64,000 nucleotides of DNA from Cyanobacteriota bacterium (GCA_019751815.1 JAIEMW010000001.1:130197-194196); one strand, 5' to 3'; counted from the first letter of the stretch, positions 48,080-58,368 are shown. Translations and numbers: made by a program. The notes: generated by a model not told the origin, from the letters alone.

Positions 48080-50128
48080 TTGCACGTTATAGAGACCACA
48101 GTGGCACTGTTAGGTTTGGCAACCATTATGGCCTTTGGTTTTCAGCGGTTTCGACTTCCTTCACTTCTGGGTTATATTGCAACGGGCTGCTTAATTGGAC
48201 CCAAAGGCATCGGCTGGATTTCTGATACCGCCTGGGTTTCTGAATTCTCTCATTTAGGGGTGCTTTTTTTGCTCTTTATCGTGGGTTTAGAGCTTTCTGT
48301 AGATGAACTCCGGCATCTGGAAAGACGAATTCCGCTGATGGGGGTGCTACAGCTGGGAATGACAACCCTGGTGTTTTCTGTGGCGTTTAAGTTTCTGGGA
48401 CTACCTTGGGGGTTGAGTATCTTGCTGGGTGGGATTTTGTCCCTCAGTAGCACGTCTATTGTGCTCAAGAGTTTGGAAGATTTAAACGAGCTGGAGACGG
48501 TTCAGGGACGGCAGATTTTAGGCGTCTTGTTGATGCAGGATCTCGCAATAGTTCCCTTAATGGCGATGCTTCCCCTGTTAAGTCAGCCAGTGGGACCGAG
48601 CTATGCGGTGGATCTTATCTGGACGTTGGCTAAAGCAGCTGCATTTCTGGTTGTGGCATTGTGGATTAGTATGAAAGTGATGCCCGTGATTCTGGAGCGA
48701 ATGATGGCCCGTCACAATGCCGAAATTATGATGCTCTGCGTGGTCACCATCAGCTTGGGAATGGCAGCACTCACAGGGTTGATGGGTCTCTCGTATGAGG
48801 CGGGTGCATTTATCGCCGGTCTTGCCTTGAGTGGGACGCTCTTTAGCAGACATATAGCGACAGAAAGCCGCCCCTTTAGGGATGTGTTTGCCAGTCTGTT
48901 TTTTGTCTCAGTCGGGATGATGCTGGATCCCCATTATTTATGGGCCCATATGGGCCAAGTGCTTTTGGTGACAATGGTAATCATTACCGTCAAAGCTTTG
49001 TTGGCTTATAGCGCAGGACTCATTTCTGGGACACACCGCTGGAATGCCCTTTGGTTGGGGGCCACAATTTTTCAAGTGGGAGAATTCTCCTTTGTGATGT
49101 TAGCCAGGCTGATGGAAACGGTTCATGTTGAGTCGTCTTCTTCAGCCTTATTGATGTCCTGGGTTCCTGTGTTAATCAATGCAACGGTTTTGTCGATGTT
49201 TATGACCCCACTGCTGCTGAAGCTATTACCGGACTGGGTGATGAAAATGAAATTAAGGTCCCTGCAAGGTTCCACAGTGCCGTCAGACAGTCCAGAATCG
49301 ACTTTGCTAGATACCGAAACCTTTTATAGTGGCCTGAAAGATCACGCGATTATAGCCGGATACGGACCTGTTGCCCGTCAGTTGGTGAAAGCCCTGTCCT
49401 TAAAATGTATTCCCTACGTGGTGGTGGATATGAATCTCACCACGGTGAAACGTTTGCAACACGACGGGTTTCCGATTATCTACGGGGACGTCTCTCACCG
49501 AGATGTGCTCAATGCGGTGGGAGTGACACGCGCTCGTCTTTTTATCTTGACGATTCCAGATATCCGCGCAGCAGAGGTGGCTATCCAGCTGGTCAAGTCG
49601 ATTAATCCAGCATTGCCCTGCATCGCACGTTCTCGCTACCGTCCTTATGTAAAGCACTTGATTGCCGCGGGTGCGGATGATGTTTTGTACGAAGAGTTTC
49701 AGATTGCTCTCAGCTTCATAGATAAGGCCTTGGCGCGTTTTGATTTTTCAGTAAACGAGACCAATGACCTCATTCAGAGTATTCGACAACGAGAACAATC
49801 CAAACGAGAGCGTCGTCTGCCTTTAGTGGAGAAGCAACCAATAGAGCTGAGTGAAAATCCGGTATTTGGGCGTCTCAGTCTGATGGATCAACTTAAGATG
49901 GAATGGGTGGCGCTCAATGCAGAGTCTCCGTGTGTGGGGAAAACGCTCGAAGAATCAGAAATCCGCTTAAAAACAGGTGTGACAGTGATAGCCCTGATTA
50001 AGCCTAATGGAGAACGAGAGGTCAACCCTGTGGGACAAAGCAGGCTAGAGGCCAAAGATGTGATAGTGGTGATGGGAACCCCGGCGCAGTTGGCCTCACT
50101 GGAAGGCATGTTGAATTTGTCGGCATAA
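48080..50128 (+). CDS. monovalent cation:proton antiporter-2 (Kef-type) with RCK/TrkA-N and TrkA-C domains
   Basis: About 12 TM helices, an Na+/H+ exchanger-family N-terminus, a Rossmann IIAGYGPVARQLVKAL, and a C-terminal TrkA-C-like domain. Confidence 0.8.
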   Translation: MHVIETTVALLGLATIMAFGFQRFRLPSLLGYIATGCLIGPKGIGWISDTAWVSEFSHLGVLFLLFIVGLELSVDELRHLERRIPLMGVLQLGMTTLVFSVAFKFLGLPWGLSILLGGILSLSSTSIVLKSLEDLNELETVQGRQILGVLLMQDLAIVPLMAMLPLLSQPVGPSYAVDLIWTLAKAAAFLVVALWISMKVMPVILERMMARHNAEIMMLCVVTISLGMAALTGLMGLSYEAGAFIAGLALSGTLFSRHIATESRPFRDVFASLFFVSVGMMLDPHYLWAHMGQVLLVTMVIITVKALLAYSAGLISGTHRWNALWLGATIFQVGEFSFVMLARLMETVHVESSSSALLMSWVPVLINATVLSMFMTPLLLKLLPDWVMKMKLRSLQGSTVPSDSPESTLLDTETFYSGLKDHAIIAGYGPVARQLVKALSLKCIPYVVVDMNLTTVKRLQHDGFPIIYGDVSHRDVLNAVGVTRARLFILTIPDIRAAEVAIQLVKSINPALPCIARSRYRPYVKHLIAAGADDVLYEEFQIALSFIDKALARFDFSVNETNDLIQSIRQREQSKRERRLPLVEKQPIELSENPVFGRLSLMDQLKMEWVALNAESPCVGKTLEESEIRLKTGVTVIALIKPNGEREVNPVGQSRLEAKDVIVVMGTPAQLASLEGMLNLSA

Positions 50129-50189
50129 ATCAGGCTTGGCAAATCTGTGTTTGTGTTAATATCTCGTGTAGCTTCTTGAATATGATCAA

Positions 50190-50219
50190 TGAAGTGGGTT
50201 CCTGAAGCCCACTTTTTTT
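50190..50219 (+). terminator. rho-independent terminator after the Kef-type transporter gene
   Basis: aAGTGGGttcctgaagCCCACTttttttt: stem-loop followed by a T7 run. Confidence 0.65.
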
Positions 50220-50343
50220 GCTAATTAGGGTGTTTTCATTCAGTCATCGATTAAGGGTGTTTCATTCAGTGGCCAAGGCTAAAATCCCCACTACCGCAAA
50301 AAATGTGCTGACCCCAGATCAGATCATTCTGGTAGAGACATCC

Positions 50344-50916
50344 ATGCTCGAAGCGATTGATGTTTGGATTACCGATTGGGTTAAACAAGCGGGCACAGAA
50401 GAAACGTTTCACCCTCTGGCTGTGCAGTTTGAGCGTGAACTGGGTTATTGGTATCTCCGGCTGTTTATTGAACGTGGAGACGGGCATATAGCCCTGAGTG
50501 ATTGTGAAGTGATCAGTCGTTTCTTGGACGAGCCGGTTGACGCCCAGATGGTTTCCTTGCTTGCTTCTTTTTCCATTAAAGAGTTGCCTTATTCGTTTGA
50601 AGTCAGCTCACCAGGGCTGTTTCGAGAACTGAAGACCTCCCGCGAATTAGAGTTTTTCCTGGGTGAACCCGTCGAAGTCTCTCGTGAGGTAGCGTCTGAG
50701 AGTAAAAACACAGTGAAAAAAAATGAAATTCCAGAAAGAATCCTTCTTGCAACAGGAATCTTAGAAGGATATCAGCCGGGAGCTGTCATTATTAGGACAG
50801 ATTCAGGTGATCTGGCAACGTTTAATCCCCAAGAGCCGGGTCTGTCGATTCGACTCAACCCCACGATTGAAGAAAATCCCCTATTTTTAAGTAAGGAGTC
50901 TGACAACTATGATTAA
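50344..50916 (+). CDS. rimP: ribosome maturation factor RimP
   Basis: FEVSSPGLFRELKTSRELEFFLGEPVEV is the RimP core. Start uncertain (ORF opens at 50218; GTG at 50305 and ATG at 50344 are candidates). Confidence 0.7.
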   Translation: MLEAIDVWITDWVKQAGTEETFHPLAVQFERELGYWYLRLFIERGDGHIALSDCEVISRFLDEPVDAQMVSLLASFSIKELPYSFEVSSPGLFRELKTSRELEFFLGEPVEVSREVASESKNTVKKNEIPERILLATGILEGYQPGAVIIRTDSGDLATFNPQEPGLSIRLNPTIEENPLFLSKESDNYD

Positions 50917-52255
50917 AATTGGTCCAGCTTTGATAGAACACGTTGATCAGCTAGAGCGTGAACGCGGTATCCCCAAAGACGTTACTTTGAGCTCTTTAAA
51001 AGAGGCTATGGTGGCGGCTTACAAGCGTTATGCCAAATTAAACGATACCCATGGTTATGAGTGCAAACTGCTGGAGCGAACCGGAGAGATTGGTGTTTTC
51101 CAACTGCTGGATGTGGTGAAAGAAGTGAAGGTGAAGCCTGTTCTGAGTGAAGAAGAGCTGGCTGAAATTGAAGCCGCTAAGCTGGAAGCGGGCCCCGTGG
51201 AGCCTGAACTCGATGATGAGGGTAACCCAATTGAAGAGATCCGTCCCCTGGAGCAGATTTCGCTCAAGGATGCCCGCAAGATTAAGGCAGACATCGAACT
51301 GGGTGAAATTCTGGAAATTGAAGTGACCCCGGATGAGTTTGGCCGAATCGCTGCCCAATCTGCTAAGCAGGTGATTATGCAGCGGATTCGCGAAGCTGAA
51401 AAAATGTTGGTGCAACGAGAGTTTGAAGAAAAACGCGGTCAGGTGACCACCGGTATTGTGCAACGGATTGAGGGCCGCAACGTGGTCGTCAATATTGGCA
51501 AAAGTGAAGCCATTCTGCCGCCTCGTGAACAGTTACCTGGTGAGTACTACCGGGTGGGTAATAAGTTGAGAGTCTTTGTTTCAGATTTGCGTGATTCCGG
51601 TCGTGTGCCGCAAATTATTGTGTCTCAAGCTCACCCCGCCATGGTCCGCGAAGTGTTTGAGCTGGAAGTGCCTGAAATTGAAGATAACATCGTCGAAATC
51701 AAGAGCATTGCCAGAGAAGCGGGCTACCGAACCAAGGTGGCTGTTACTTCCAACGATCCCGATGTCGATCCACAGGGCGCCTGTATTGGTTCTCGGGGTA
51801 GTCGGATTCAGGCGATTGTGAATGAATTGAAGAACGAAAAAATTGATATTATTCGTTGGTCCGAAGACCCGGTGCAGTTTATTACCCACGCCTTGGCACC
51901 GGCAAAAATTGTGCGAGTTGAAATTGATGCCGAAAATCCCAATTTCCCCCGCGCGTTTGTGATTGTCCCAGACGATCAACTGAGTCTGGCCATTGGTCGG
52001 GAAGGTCAGAATGTTCGACTGGCTGCCAAGCTCACAGGTTACAAGCTGGATATCAAGAGCTTGAGTCAAGTGCCAGCGCCTGAAGAGCAGCAAAGCTATC
52101 CTGAAGAGTTTCATCAGGAAGAAGTTCCTCAATCTGCTGAATTTGCAGGCGAATTCCAGCCTGAAGAATTAGCAAGCACTGAACAAGCATTTGAAGAATC
52201 AGTTGAACACGCAGTGACAGAAGAACAGCCCGCGGCCGAAGAGACCCCCGCATAG
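50909..52255 (+). CDS. nusA: transcription termination/antitermination factor NusA
   Basis: N-terminal domain, S1 and KH domains (IGREGQNVRLAAKLTGYKLDIK), acidic C-terminal tail. Confidence 0.93.
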   Translation: MIKIGPALIEHVDQLERERGIPKDVTLSSLKEAMVAAYKRYAKLNDTHGYECKLLERTGEIGVFQLLDVVKEVKVKPVLSEEELAEIEAAKLEAGPVEPELDDEGNPIEEIRPLEQISLKDARKIKADIELGEILEIEVTPDEFGRIAAQSAKQVIMQRIREAEKMLVQREFEEKRGQVTTGIVQRIEGRNVVVNIGKSEAILPPREQLPGEYYRVGNKLRVFVSDLRDSGRVPQIIVSQAHPAMVREVFELEVPEIEDNIVEIKSIAREAGYRTKVAVTSNDPDVDPQGACIGSRGSRIQAIVNELKNEKIDIIRWSEDPVQFITHALAPAKIVRVEIDAENPNFPRAFVIVPDDQLSLAIGREGQNVRLAAKLTGYKLDIKSLSQVPAPEEQQSYPEEFHQEEVPQSAEFAGEFQPEELASTEQAFEESVEHAVTEEQPAAEETPA

Positions 52256-52283
52256 TTTTCTGCGATTTCGCCTGTTTATTAAG

Positions 52284-52562
52284 ATGTGCATCCGCATGTG
52301 TGTTGCTTGCCGGCAGGAGTTTCCTCGGGAAACGCTGCTCAGGCTCACCTTGACTCCAGACGGGGTGGTTCTTAATCTGGGGCCAGAAACTGGACCAGAA
52401 AGCCGGCATTTTCAAGGACGATCTGCGTATGTGTGTCGCGAGCAAACGTGTCGGACACAGGCTATTCGAGGTAAAAAGCTACAGCGTGCGTTGAAAAAGC
52501 CGATCCCGGATGCTATAGTGAAAGCCCTTGAATCTATCCCGCTGGATAACCCCAAATCTTGA
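52284..52562 (+). CDS. ylxR: YlxR family protein (DUF448), putative RNA-binding
   Basis: CVACRQEFPRETLLRLTLTPDGVV...; the conserved nusA-ylxR-infB position. Confidence 0.8.
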   Translation: MCIRMCVACRQEFPRETLLRLTLTPDGVVLNLGPETGPESRHFQGRSAYVCREQTCRTQAIRGKKLQRALKKPIPDAIVKALESIPLDNPKS

Positions 52563-52616
52563 TAACCCATTTTGTGATCACCTCAAACATTCTCTCAGCA
52601 AAGGAAGTCCCCTCAC

Positions 52617-55127
52617 GTGACAGCCACCAAAATTCGCGTCTATGAACTCTCCAAACTGTTGGACCTTTCCAATAAAGAGGTCATCGATCTCTTGCAGTCT
52701 CAATTTCAGCTTGAGATCAAAAGCCACTCAAGTTCGATCGATCAAGCGGTGGCCGACAAATTGGTTGCCTCAGTAAAGGGCAAGGCAACCCCGGAAAAAA
52801 GCACAGAAAAACCCGCGCCGGCTAAACCCATACCGGCTAAATCAGAAGAGCCTAAAACACCGCAGGCCTTCAGTCGTCCAGCGCCAACCCCTGCGCCAGC
52901 TCCTCAAGTTCAAGCCCCTCAAGCTCAAGCTCCGCGGGTACAAGCGCCTCAAGCTCAAGCGCCGCGGGCACAAGCCCCTCAGGCTCAAGCGCCTCAAGCT
53001 CAAGCGCCAAGACCTGCACAGCAGGCTTCGCCTCAACAATCCTCAACACCAGTGCCAACGCAACGACCAGCCCAACATCCATCTCAACACGCTCAAAGAC
53101 CTGGGCAACATCAAAGACCTTCTCAGCAACAAAGACCTTCTCAGCCGGCTCAAAATCCCTCATCACCATCACAGCCTGTACAGCGGCCTGCTGCACAGCA
53201 AGTGCCACCTCAAGCTCAAGCCCCTGCTCCTCAGGCTGGCATGACTAAACCGCTAGCTGGCGGCAAACAACCGGCTGCTGAAGAAGAAGCTGAGATCAAG
53301 ACCGTTCGTCTGGATGATTCCATCACCATCCGTGATTTGGCAATCCTGCTCGATGTCCGAGAAACTGAGATTATCAAATGCGTTTTTATGAAAGGCGTGA
53401 TGGTCACTGTAAATCAAACAGTGGACACTGCCTTTGCCCGCTCTATTGCCAAAGAATTTGGGTTTGAGATAGAAGAAAAAGCGGCAGATAGCAAAAGTAC
53501 CGAAGAATACAGCACAACCGCGACTTTTGAGAAGAAAAAACTGGATGAAACCCAGTTTAGTCATCTCTTAGAACGTTCTCCCGTGGTCTCAATTATGGGA
53601 CACGTTGATCATGGCAAGACCTCGTTACTGGATGCGATTCGGCAGACTCGACACAAGATTGTGGACGGGGAAGCTGGCGGGATTACCCAGAGCATTGGGG
53701 CCTACACCGTTGAGAAAGACGGTAACCGGATTGTGTTTCTCGATACACCGGGTCACGAAGCCTTCACCGCAATGCGGATGCGCGGGGCAAAATCAACGGA
53801 TATTGCCATTCTGGTGGTTGCTGCCGATGACGGGGTGATGCCGCAAACGATTGAAGCCATTAACCACGCCAAAGCGGCCCAAATTCCCATCATTGTGGCC
53901 GTCAATAAAATTGACAAGGCCGATGCTGATCCCGATAAAGTGCTTGTACAGCTCTCTGAACACGGTCTTGTGGCTGAGAAATGGGGTGGAGAGACACTGA
54001 CTGTTGAAGTCAGCGCCCTACAAAAGCTGGGACTGGAAGATGTGCTGGAAACCATTATTTTGGTCTCAGAACTCTTGAATCTGAAAGCAGATAAAACGGT
54101 TCCGGCCGAAGGCGTCATTATTGAGGCGCGTTTGGATAAACGTAAAGGGCCTGTGGCAACCGCGTTGGTTCAAAACGGTACCCTGAGTGTTGGTGAAAAC
54201 GTATTGATTGGCTCTGTGGGTGGTCGCGTTCGTGCATTGCTGAATGACAGCGGTGAACGTGTTAATAGTGCCGGTCCTTCCACACCCGTGGAAATTCTTG
54301 GCCTGAGTGAAGTCCCCAATGCGGGTGATATCTTTACAGTGATTCGAGATGAGAAGGTGTTTAAACAGCGCCTGAACGAAGAACGCCTGAAAGATAGAGA
54401 GCAAAGAATGACCAACCGCTCGATTATTCCAGGGATCAGCGCTCCAACAGACCGTATGGGCATTGAGGACGAGCAAAAAGAGTTTAATATTATCGTGAAA
54501 GCCGACACACAAGGCTCTGCGGAAGCGGTGACAGACGCCTTAATCGCACTGAGCACGGATGAAATCCAAATTAAAATTATTCACTCCGGCACGGGCAACA
54601 TCACGGATGCGGATTTAATGCTGGGATCTGCCAGTAAGGCTCTCGTGATTGGTTTTGGCATCAAAGAAGATGTGGCCATTGCCCAAGCAGCTGAAAATTA
54701 CGGGCTGAAGATTAAAATCTATGACATCATCTACCGGATGACTGAAGAAGTTGAAAAAATGATGCTGGGTGAACTCTCTCCAGAACGCTCTGAAGTGGAA
54801 GTAGGTCAGGCAGAAGTCCGACAAATCTTTACCGCCGGTAAAAGCGTGATTGCAGGCTGTATGGTCCAAAAAGGCAAAATGCTACGAGGATCTAAAGCTG
54901 TGGTCACACGTGCTGGTAAAGAAGTCTTCTCCGGTGATTTGAGTCAACTCAAGCGTTTCAAGGATGATGCTAAAGAAGTTGCCAGTGGCTACGAGTGCGG
55001 TATCTCTTTTGATAAATTCAATGATATTCAGGTCGGCGATCTGATCACCGTCTTCACCGTAGAAGAGACGGAGCGGACCAGCTTTAACGTGAACCGTACC
55101 CCGGTCAACTCTTCTAACCAAAACTAA
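52617..55127 (+). CDS. infB: translation initiation factor IF-2
   Basis: G domain VVSIMGHVDHGKTSLLDAIR...DTPGHEAFTAMR...NKIDK; the N-terminal region has QAPQAQAPR tandem low-complexity repeats. Confidence 0.95.
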   Translation: MTATKIRVYELSKLLDLSNKEVIDLLQSQFQLEIKSHSSSIDQAVADKLVASVKGKATPEKSTEKPAPAKPIPAKSEEPKTPQAFSRPAPTPAPAPQVQAPQAQAPRVQAPQAQAPRAQAPQAQAPQAQAPRPAQQASPQQSSTPVPTQRPAQHPSQHAQRPGQHQRPSQQQRPSQPAQNPSSPSQPVQRPAAQQVPPQAQAPAPQAGMTKPLAGGKQPAAEEEAEIKTVRLDDSITIRDLAILLDVRETEIIKCVFMKGVMVTVNQTVDTAFARSIAKEFGFEIEEKAADSKSTEEYSTTATFEKKKLDETQFSHLLERSPVVSIMGHVDHGKTSLLDAIRQTRHKIVDGEAGGITQSIGAYTVEKDGNRIVFLDTPGHEAFTAMRMRGAKSTDIAILVVAADDGVMPQTIEAINHAKAAQIPIIVAVNKIDKADADPDKVLVQLSEHGLVAEKWGGETLTVEVSALQKLGLEDVLETIILVSELLNLKADKTVPAEGVIIEARLDKRKGPVATALVQNGTLSVGENVLIGSVGGRVRALLNDSGERVNSAGPSTPVEILGLSEVPNAGDIFTVIRDEKVFKQRLNEERLKDREQRMTNRSIIPGISAPTDRMGIEDEQKEFNIIVKADTQGSAEAVTDALIALSTDEIQIKIIHSGTGNITDADLMLGSASKALVIGFGIKEDVAIAQAAENYGLKIKIYDIIYRMTEEVEKMMLGELSPERSEVEVGQAEVRQIFTAGKSVIAGCMVQKGKMLRGSKAVVTRAGKEVFSGDLSQLKRFKDDAKEVASGYECGISFDKFNDIQVGDLITVFTVEETERTSFNVNRTPVNSSNQN

Positions 55128-55145
55128 TAAAGGACTTTTCTCAAC

Positions 55146-55514
55146 ATGGTGAGCCGCCAAGAGTTTGGTCGTATAGACAGGGTCCGTAAGGCGATGATCC
55201 GTGAAGTCAGTAGTATTATCGCTACAGAACTCCAAGACCCCCGACTAGAAGGACGAATCGTCTCTGTCACCGATGTTGAAATGACCAATGATCTTCGCTA
55301 CGCCAAAATCTTTGTCAGTGTGCTCGGAGATGAGCCCAGTAAAGAAGCGGTGATGGAAGCCCTTCTCGAAAAAACCCCTCAGGTCCGTAGTCAAGTCGGC
55401 CGTCGCATTCGACTGAGATACACCCCTGAAGTGCACTTCTTTATGGATGATTCATTGGAGCGTGGGGACCGGGTCAGTGAGCTGCTGAAGCAAATTGCTC
55501 GCGAGGATCGGTAA
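55146..55514 (+). CDS. rbfA: ribosome-binding factor A
   Basis: RVRKAMIREVSSIIATELQDPRL...VSVTDVEMTNDLRYAKIFVSVLG. Confidence 0.9.
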   Translation: MVSRQEFGRIDRVRKAMIREVSSIIATELQDPRLEGRIVSVTDVEMTNDLRYAKIFVSVLGDEPSKEAVMEALLEKTPQVRSQVGRRIRLRYTPEVHFFMDDSLERGDRVSELLKQIAREDR

Positions 55515-56547
55515 GATCGCCAGTAAAATCATCAGTAAGAGTCTCAAGACCGGTTTGATAAAGCTGATGAGCACACACAAGCGCTTGAAGAAGGCTTTCT
55601 GCTGAGGCAATCCCTTGTCCTGCAATATCAAAGGCGGTTCCATGGCTCACAGAGGTGCGGATAAAGGGGAGACCAATGGTGACATTCACCGCCCGATAAC
55701 CGGCCACGAGTTTGAAGGGGATTAGCCCCTGATCGTGATACGCGGCAATATAAGCATCGTAGGGAGGGGAAAGAGGGGTTTCAAGAGGATCAAAGCCACG
55801 AAACACAGCGTCTCCAGGCAGAGGACCGGCAATTTTGACAGTTTGCTGCCCCAGGATTTGCTGAATTGCAGGGACCAGAATGGTTCTTTCTTCGGTGCCG
55901 TCTATTTCTGCCGCATGGGGATTCACACCCAGCATACACAAATGAGGTGTATCAATACCACAGTAGGTCTTCAGAAACTGAATGGTGTTATTGAGTGTTG
56001 CAACCGTATTGTTGATAGAAAGTGTGTGGCTAACATCTCTCAGTGGGACGTGCCGGGTGAGTAGCATCATTCTAAATTGCTGGTATAAAAACAACATATC
56101 TGCCTTATAAGGCTGTGAGTGAGCATAATTCTGATTTGCCAGTGTTTCCAGTATCTCTGTGTGCCCGTGATAGTTAAAACCACTTTGATAGAGAGCCTCT
56201 TTGGCAATGGGGCCAGTAATCAGAGCCTGTGCCTGTCCGCCATGTATCAATGCCGTAGAAATATTGAGAGCTTCAACAGCGATTTTTCCGGCCTCTGATT
56301 CTGGATTGCCTGGGATATCAATCCATTCAATGCGGGGGTCTTCACTGGGCAAGGGTAGATTGAGCGCTTGGGCCGTTTTGGCGATGGTGGGGAAGTGGCC
56401 AATAATTTTGAGCTGGAATGCCAAGTCGAAGGACGTGTGTTCCTGCGAGAGAGTTTGTAAAAGCTTGAGCACAATTTCTGGGCCTATCCCTCGCGGGTCA
56501 CCGGGAGTGATGCAGTAAGTCGGGAGTGTTGATGATGTCTGGGTCAT
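55474..56547 (-). CDS. pdxA: 4-hydroxythreonine-4-phosphate dehydrogenase family (PdxA / PdxA2)
   Basis: YCITPGDPRGIGPEIVLKLL N-terminus; GYRAVNVTIGLPFIRTSVSHGTAFDIAGQGIA C-terminal signature. Convergent overlap of 41 nt with rbfA. Confidence 0.85.
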   Translation of the reverse strand: MTQTSSTLPTYCITPGDPRGIGPEIVLKLLQTLSQEHTSFDLAFQLKIIGHFPTIAKTAQALNLPLPSEDPRIEWIDIPGNPESEAGKIAVEALNISTALIHGGQAQALITGPIAKEALYQSGFNYHGHTEILETLANQNYAHSQPYKADMLFLYQQFRMMLLTRHVPLRDVSHTLSINNTVATLNNTIQFLKTYCGIDTPHLCMLGVNPHAAEIDGTEERTILVPAIQQILGQQTVKIAGPLPGDAVFRGFDPLETPLSPPYDAYIAAYHDQGLIPFKLVAGYRAVNVTIGLPFIRTSVSHGTAFDIAGQGIASAESLLQALVCAHQLYQTGLETLTDDFTGDLTDPREQFASAAH

Positions 56548-56571
56548 GATAATCGTTTCAAAATTGCTTTT

Positions 56572-57969
56572 TCAGTTAGTTTCAAGGTCTTGTAAACGGT
56601 GTTCGTGCGCTTTGAGGAAGCGGACAATATGAATTAAGGCCTGAGGTCCGCCAAAATTTCCTGATTTGGTGACGAGATAGCCAGATTTTGGGTGAGAACC
56701 TTCTGCATGGTATCGCAGTAGGGGGATAGAGGGCTCGGCTTCGGCCTGAATATCGAGTTGTTGGATATTGAGTACTTTGCAGAGTTGTGTGGCTGTCTCC
56801 CCGCCAGAGAGAATCAGTTTGACGGGTTGCTGAGTCAGTATTTGCAGACAGAGTTGGCTCAGTGCTTTTTCTACGAGGCGAGGAACTTGGCCAATATCAA
56901 TGCCCACTTCTTCGGCCACGGCTTGTGTGTCCCCCAAACTGGTGTCATAGGGGCAGGTAGTTAAGATAACGGTGCGTTTGGACTCGAGCCGCTCTAAGAC
57001 AGCAGCAGTAAAGTTATTTGTAGGAGTTTGTCCGAGTAGAATATCGGCCGGTACGGCAAACACGTCAAAAGGATGCTCAACATCAAAGCCCTGGAAGGCT
57101 TCCTGGAATTTTTGAATCTGATGGCGGGTGGTTTTGGTGCTGGTGCCAATCACCATTAAAATCGGATGTTCAGGCAGCGTGGTTGAAGCCCGATTAGCGC
57201 TCAGGCTGCTTGGAGCTTCCTTTTTCTCTGGAATCCAAAGTTGAGCGAGTGATTGTGCCAGTCCAGCAGAGCCACAAGGCAGGATATTGGCGTTTCTTCT
57301 GGCTTTTTCCAGCGCCAAAGCAATCTGGTCCAAGTCCACTTGGGTACAGGCATCAATGACAACCAGTTTTTTGCCTGCTTCCAGCAACGCCTGAAGCGCC
57401 TGTAAAATTGGTCCAGCCCCGTGTAGGACAGTGGACAATTCAATATGCCCAACAATTTCAGGTCGAGACGATTCAGCCAGCAACGTGGGAAGGTGTGTTT
57501 GCCGAATTGGGAAAAGGGGATCTCTGGCCACATCCGTCTGTTCTAGCGGGGTGCCGTGCACCAGGTGATAGCCCCCCACGGTACGTCGGCCTTGTTGAGG
57601 GAAAGCGGGAACCACCACCGCGCAATCCCAGCGGAGTTCATCCAGCGCTGCCAGACATTCTTGAGCCACATGGCCTCGCAGTGTTGAATCGATTTTCTTG
57701 TAGAAGTTCTCAACCCCGTAGCGGTCTCTCAGTGCAACAAAACAGTGTCTCACGGCAGAAATGGCATCTCGAACATCCATATGCCGAGACCCACTATTGA
57801 TAGACCAAACCCCGGTTTGCAAGGGTGTCTCTGGGTGCAGTTCTGGCGGATTGTGGTAGTCCAAAATAATGGAGGCAGCAGCGCCGCGGTTGAAGAACGG
57901 CAATGCCGTGTCGTTGGCCCCGGTGAGGTCATCGGCAACAATGCCAATGGTCAATCCTGGAAGTTGCAT
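56572..57969 (-). CDS. DUF1537-family four-carbon acid sugar kinase (OtnK/DtnK/4-hydroxythreonine kinase-like)
   Basis: N-terminus TIGIVADDLTGANDTALPF is the DUF1537 signature; about 465 aa. Sits directly upstream of pdxA on the same strand. Confidence 0.7.
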   Translation of the reverse strand: MQLPGLTIGIVADDLTGANDTALPFFNRGAAASIILDYHNPPELHPETPLQTGVWSINSGSRHMDVRDAISAVRHCFVALRDRYGVENFYKKIDSTLRGHVAQECLAALDELRWDCAVVVPAFPQQGRRTVGGYHLVHGTPLEQTDVARDPLFPIRQTHLPTLLAESSRPEIVGHIELSTVLHGAGPILQALQALLEAGKKLVVIDACTQVDLDQIALALEKARRNANILPCGSAGLAQSLAQLWIPEKKEAPSSLSANRASTTLPEHPILMVIGTSTKTTRHQIQKFQEAFQGFDVEHPFDVFAVPADILLGQTPTNNFTAAVLERLESKRTVILTTCPYDTSLGDTQAVAEEVGIDIGQVPRLVEKALSQLCLQILTQQPVKLILSGGETATQLCKVLNIQQLDIQAEAEPSIPLLRYHAEGSHPKSGYLVTKSGNFGGPQALIHIVRFLKAHEHRLQDLETN

Positions 57970-58008
57970 GGCGTATAGTTATCCTGGTTATATCGTTATT
58001 GGGGTTGG

Positions 58009-58368
58009 CTAAAAGCTGGTTGAACCCGCAAAGGAACCACTGGTCGCATTGTCGCGCTTGCTGCCTTCCAGTCTGATATCTGTGGCGCGAATGCTGGGGA
58101 ATTCTTTGGGGTTTCCTGCCTGGTCATTCCAACGCTGACAGTCGAGTTGCCCGGTGACAGAGAGAGAAGTGCCTTTTTTCACCCACTCTCCGACGAATTC
58201 GGCTTGCTTTCCCCACACCTCAATGTTGAACCAATCGGTGATCTTGTTTTCTTTAGAGAAATTCCGGTCAACCGCCATGGAGAACTTGGCCTTCACGCTG
58301 CCAGAGTCAAAATATTTAATCTCAGGATCTTGGCCAACACGCCCGACAATCACCACGGAGTTTACCAT
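58009..58368 (-). CDS. ssb: single-stranded DNA-binding protein
   Basis: ATG at 58366-58368 with AAGGATGGG SD. MVNSVVIVGRVGQDPEIKYFDSGSVKAKFSMAV...WFNIEVWGKQAE OB fold. Confidence 0.85.
   Translation of the reverse strand: MVNSVVIVGRVGQDPEIKYFDSGSVKAKFSMAVDRNFSKENKITDWFNIEVWGKQAEFVGEWVKKGTSLSVTGQLDCQRWNDQAGNPKEFPSIRATDIRLEGSKRDNATSGSFAGSTSF

Noticed and set aside
52284-52295. CxxC-like start MCIRMCVACR of the ylxR ORF as a possible zinc-ribbon small protein
   Set aside because: The downstream sequence (RQEFPRETLLRLTLTPDGVV...) and the position between nusA and infB identify it as the ordinary YlxR/DUF448 protein. The first four codons are probably upstream of the true start.
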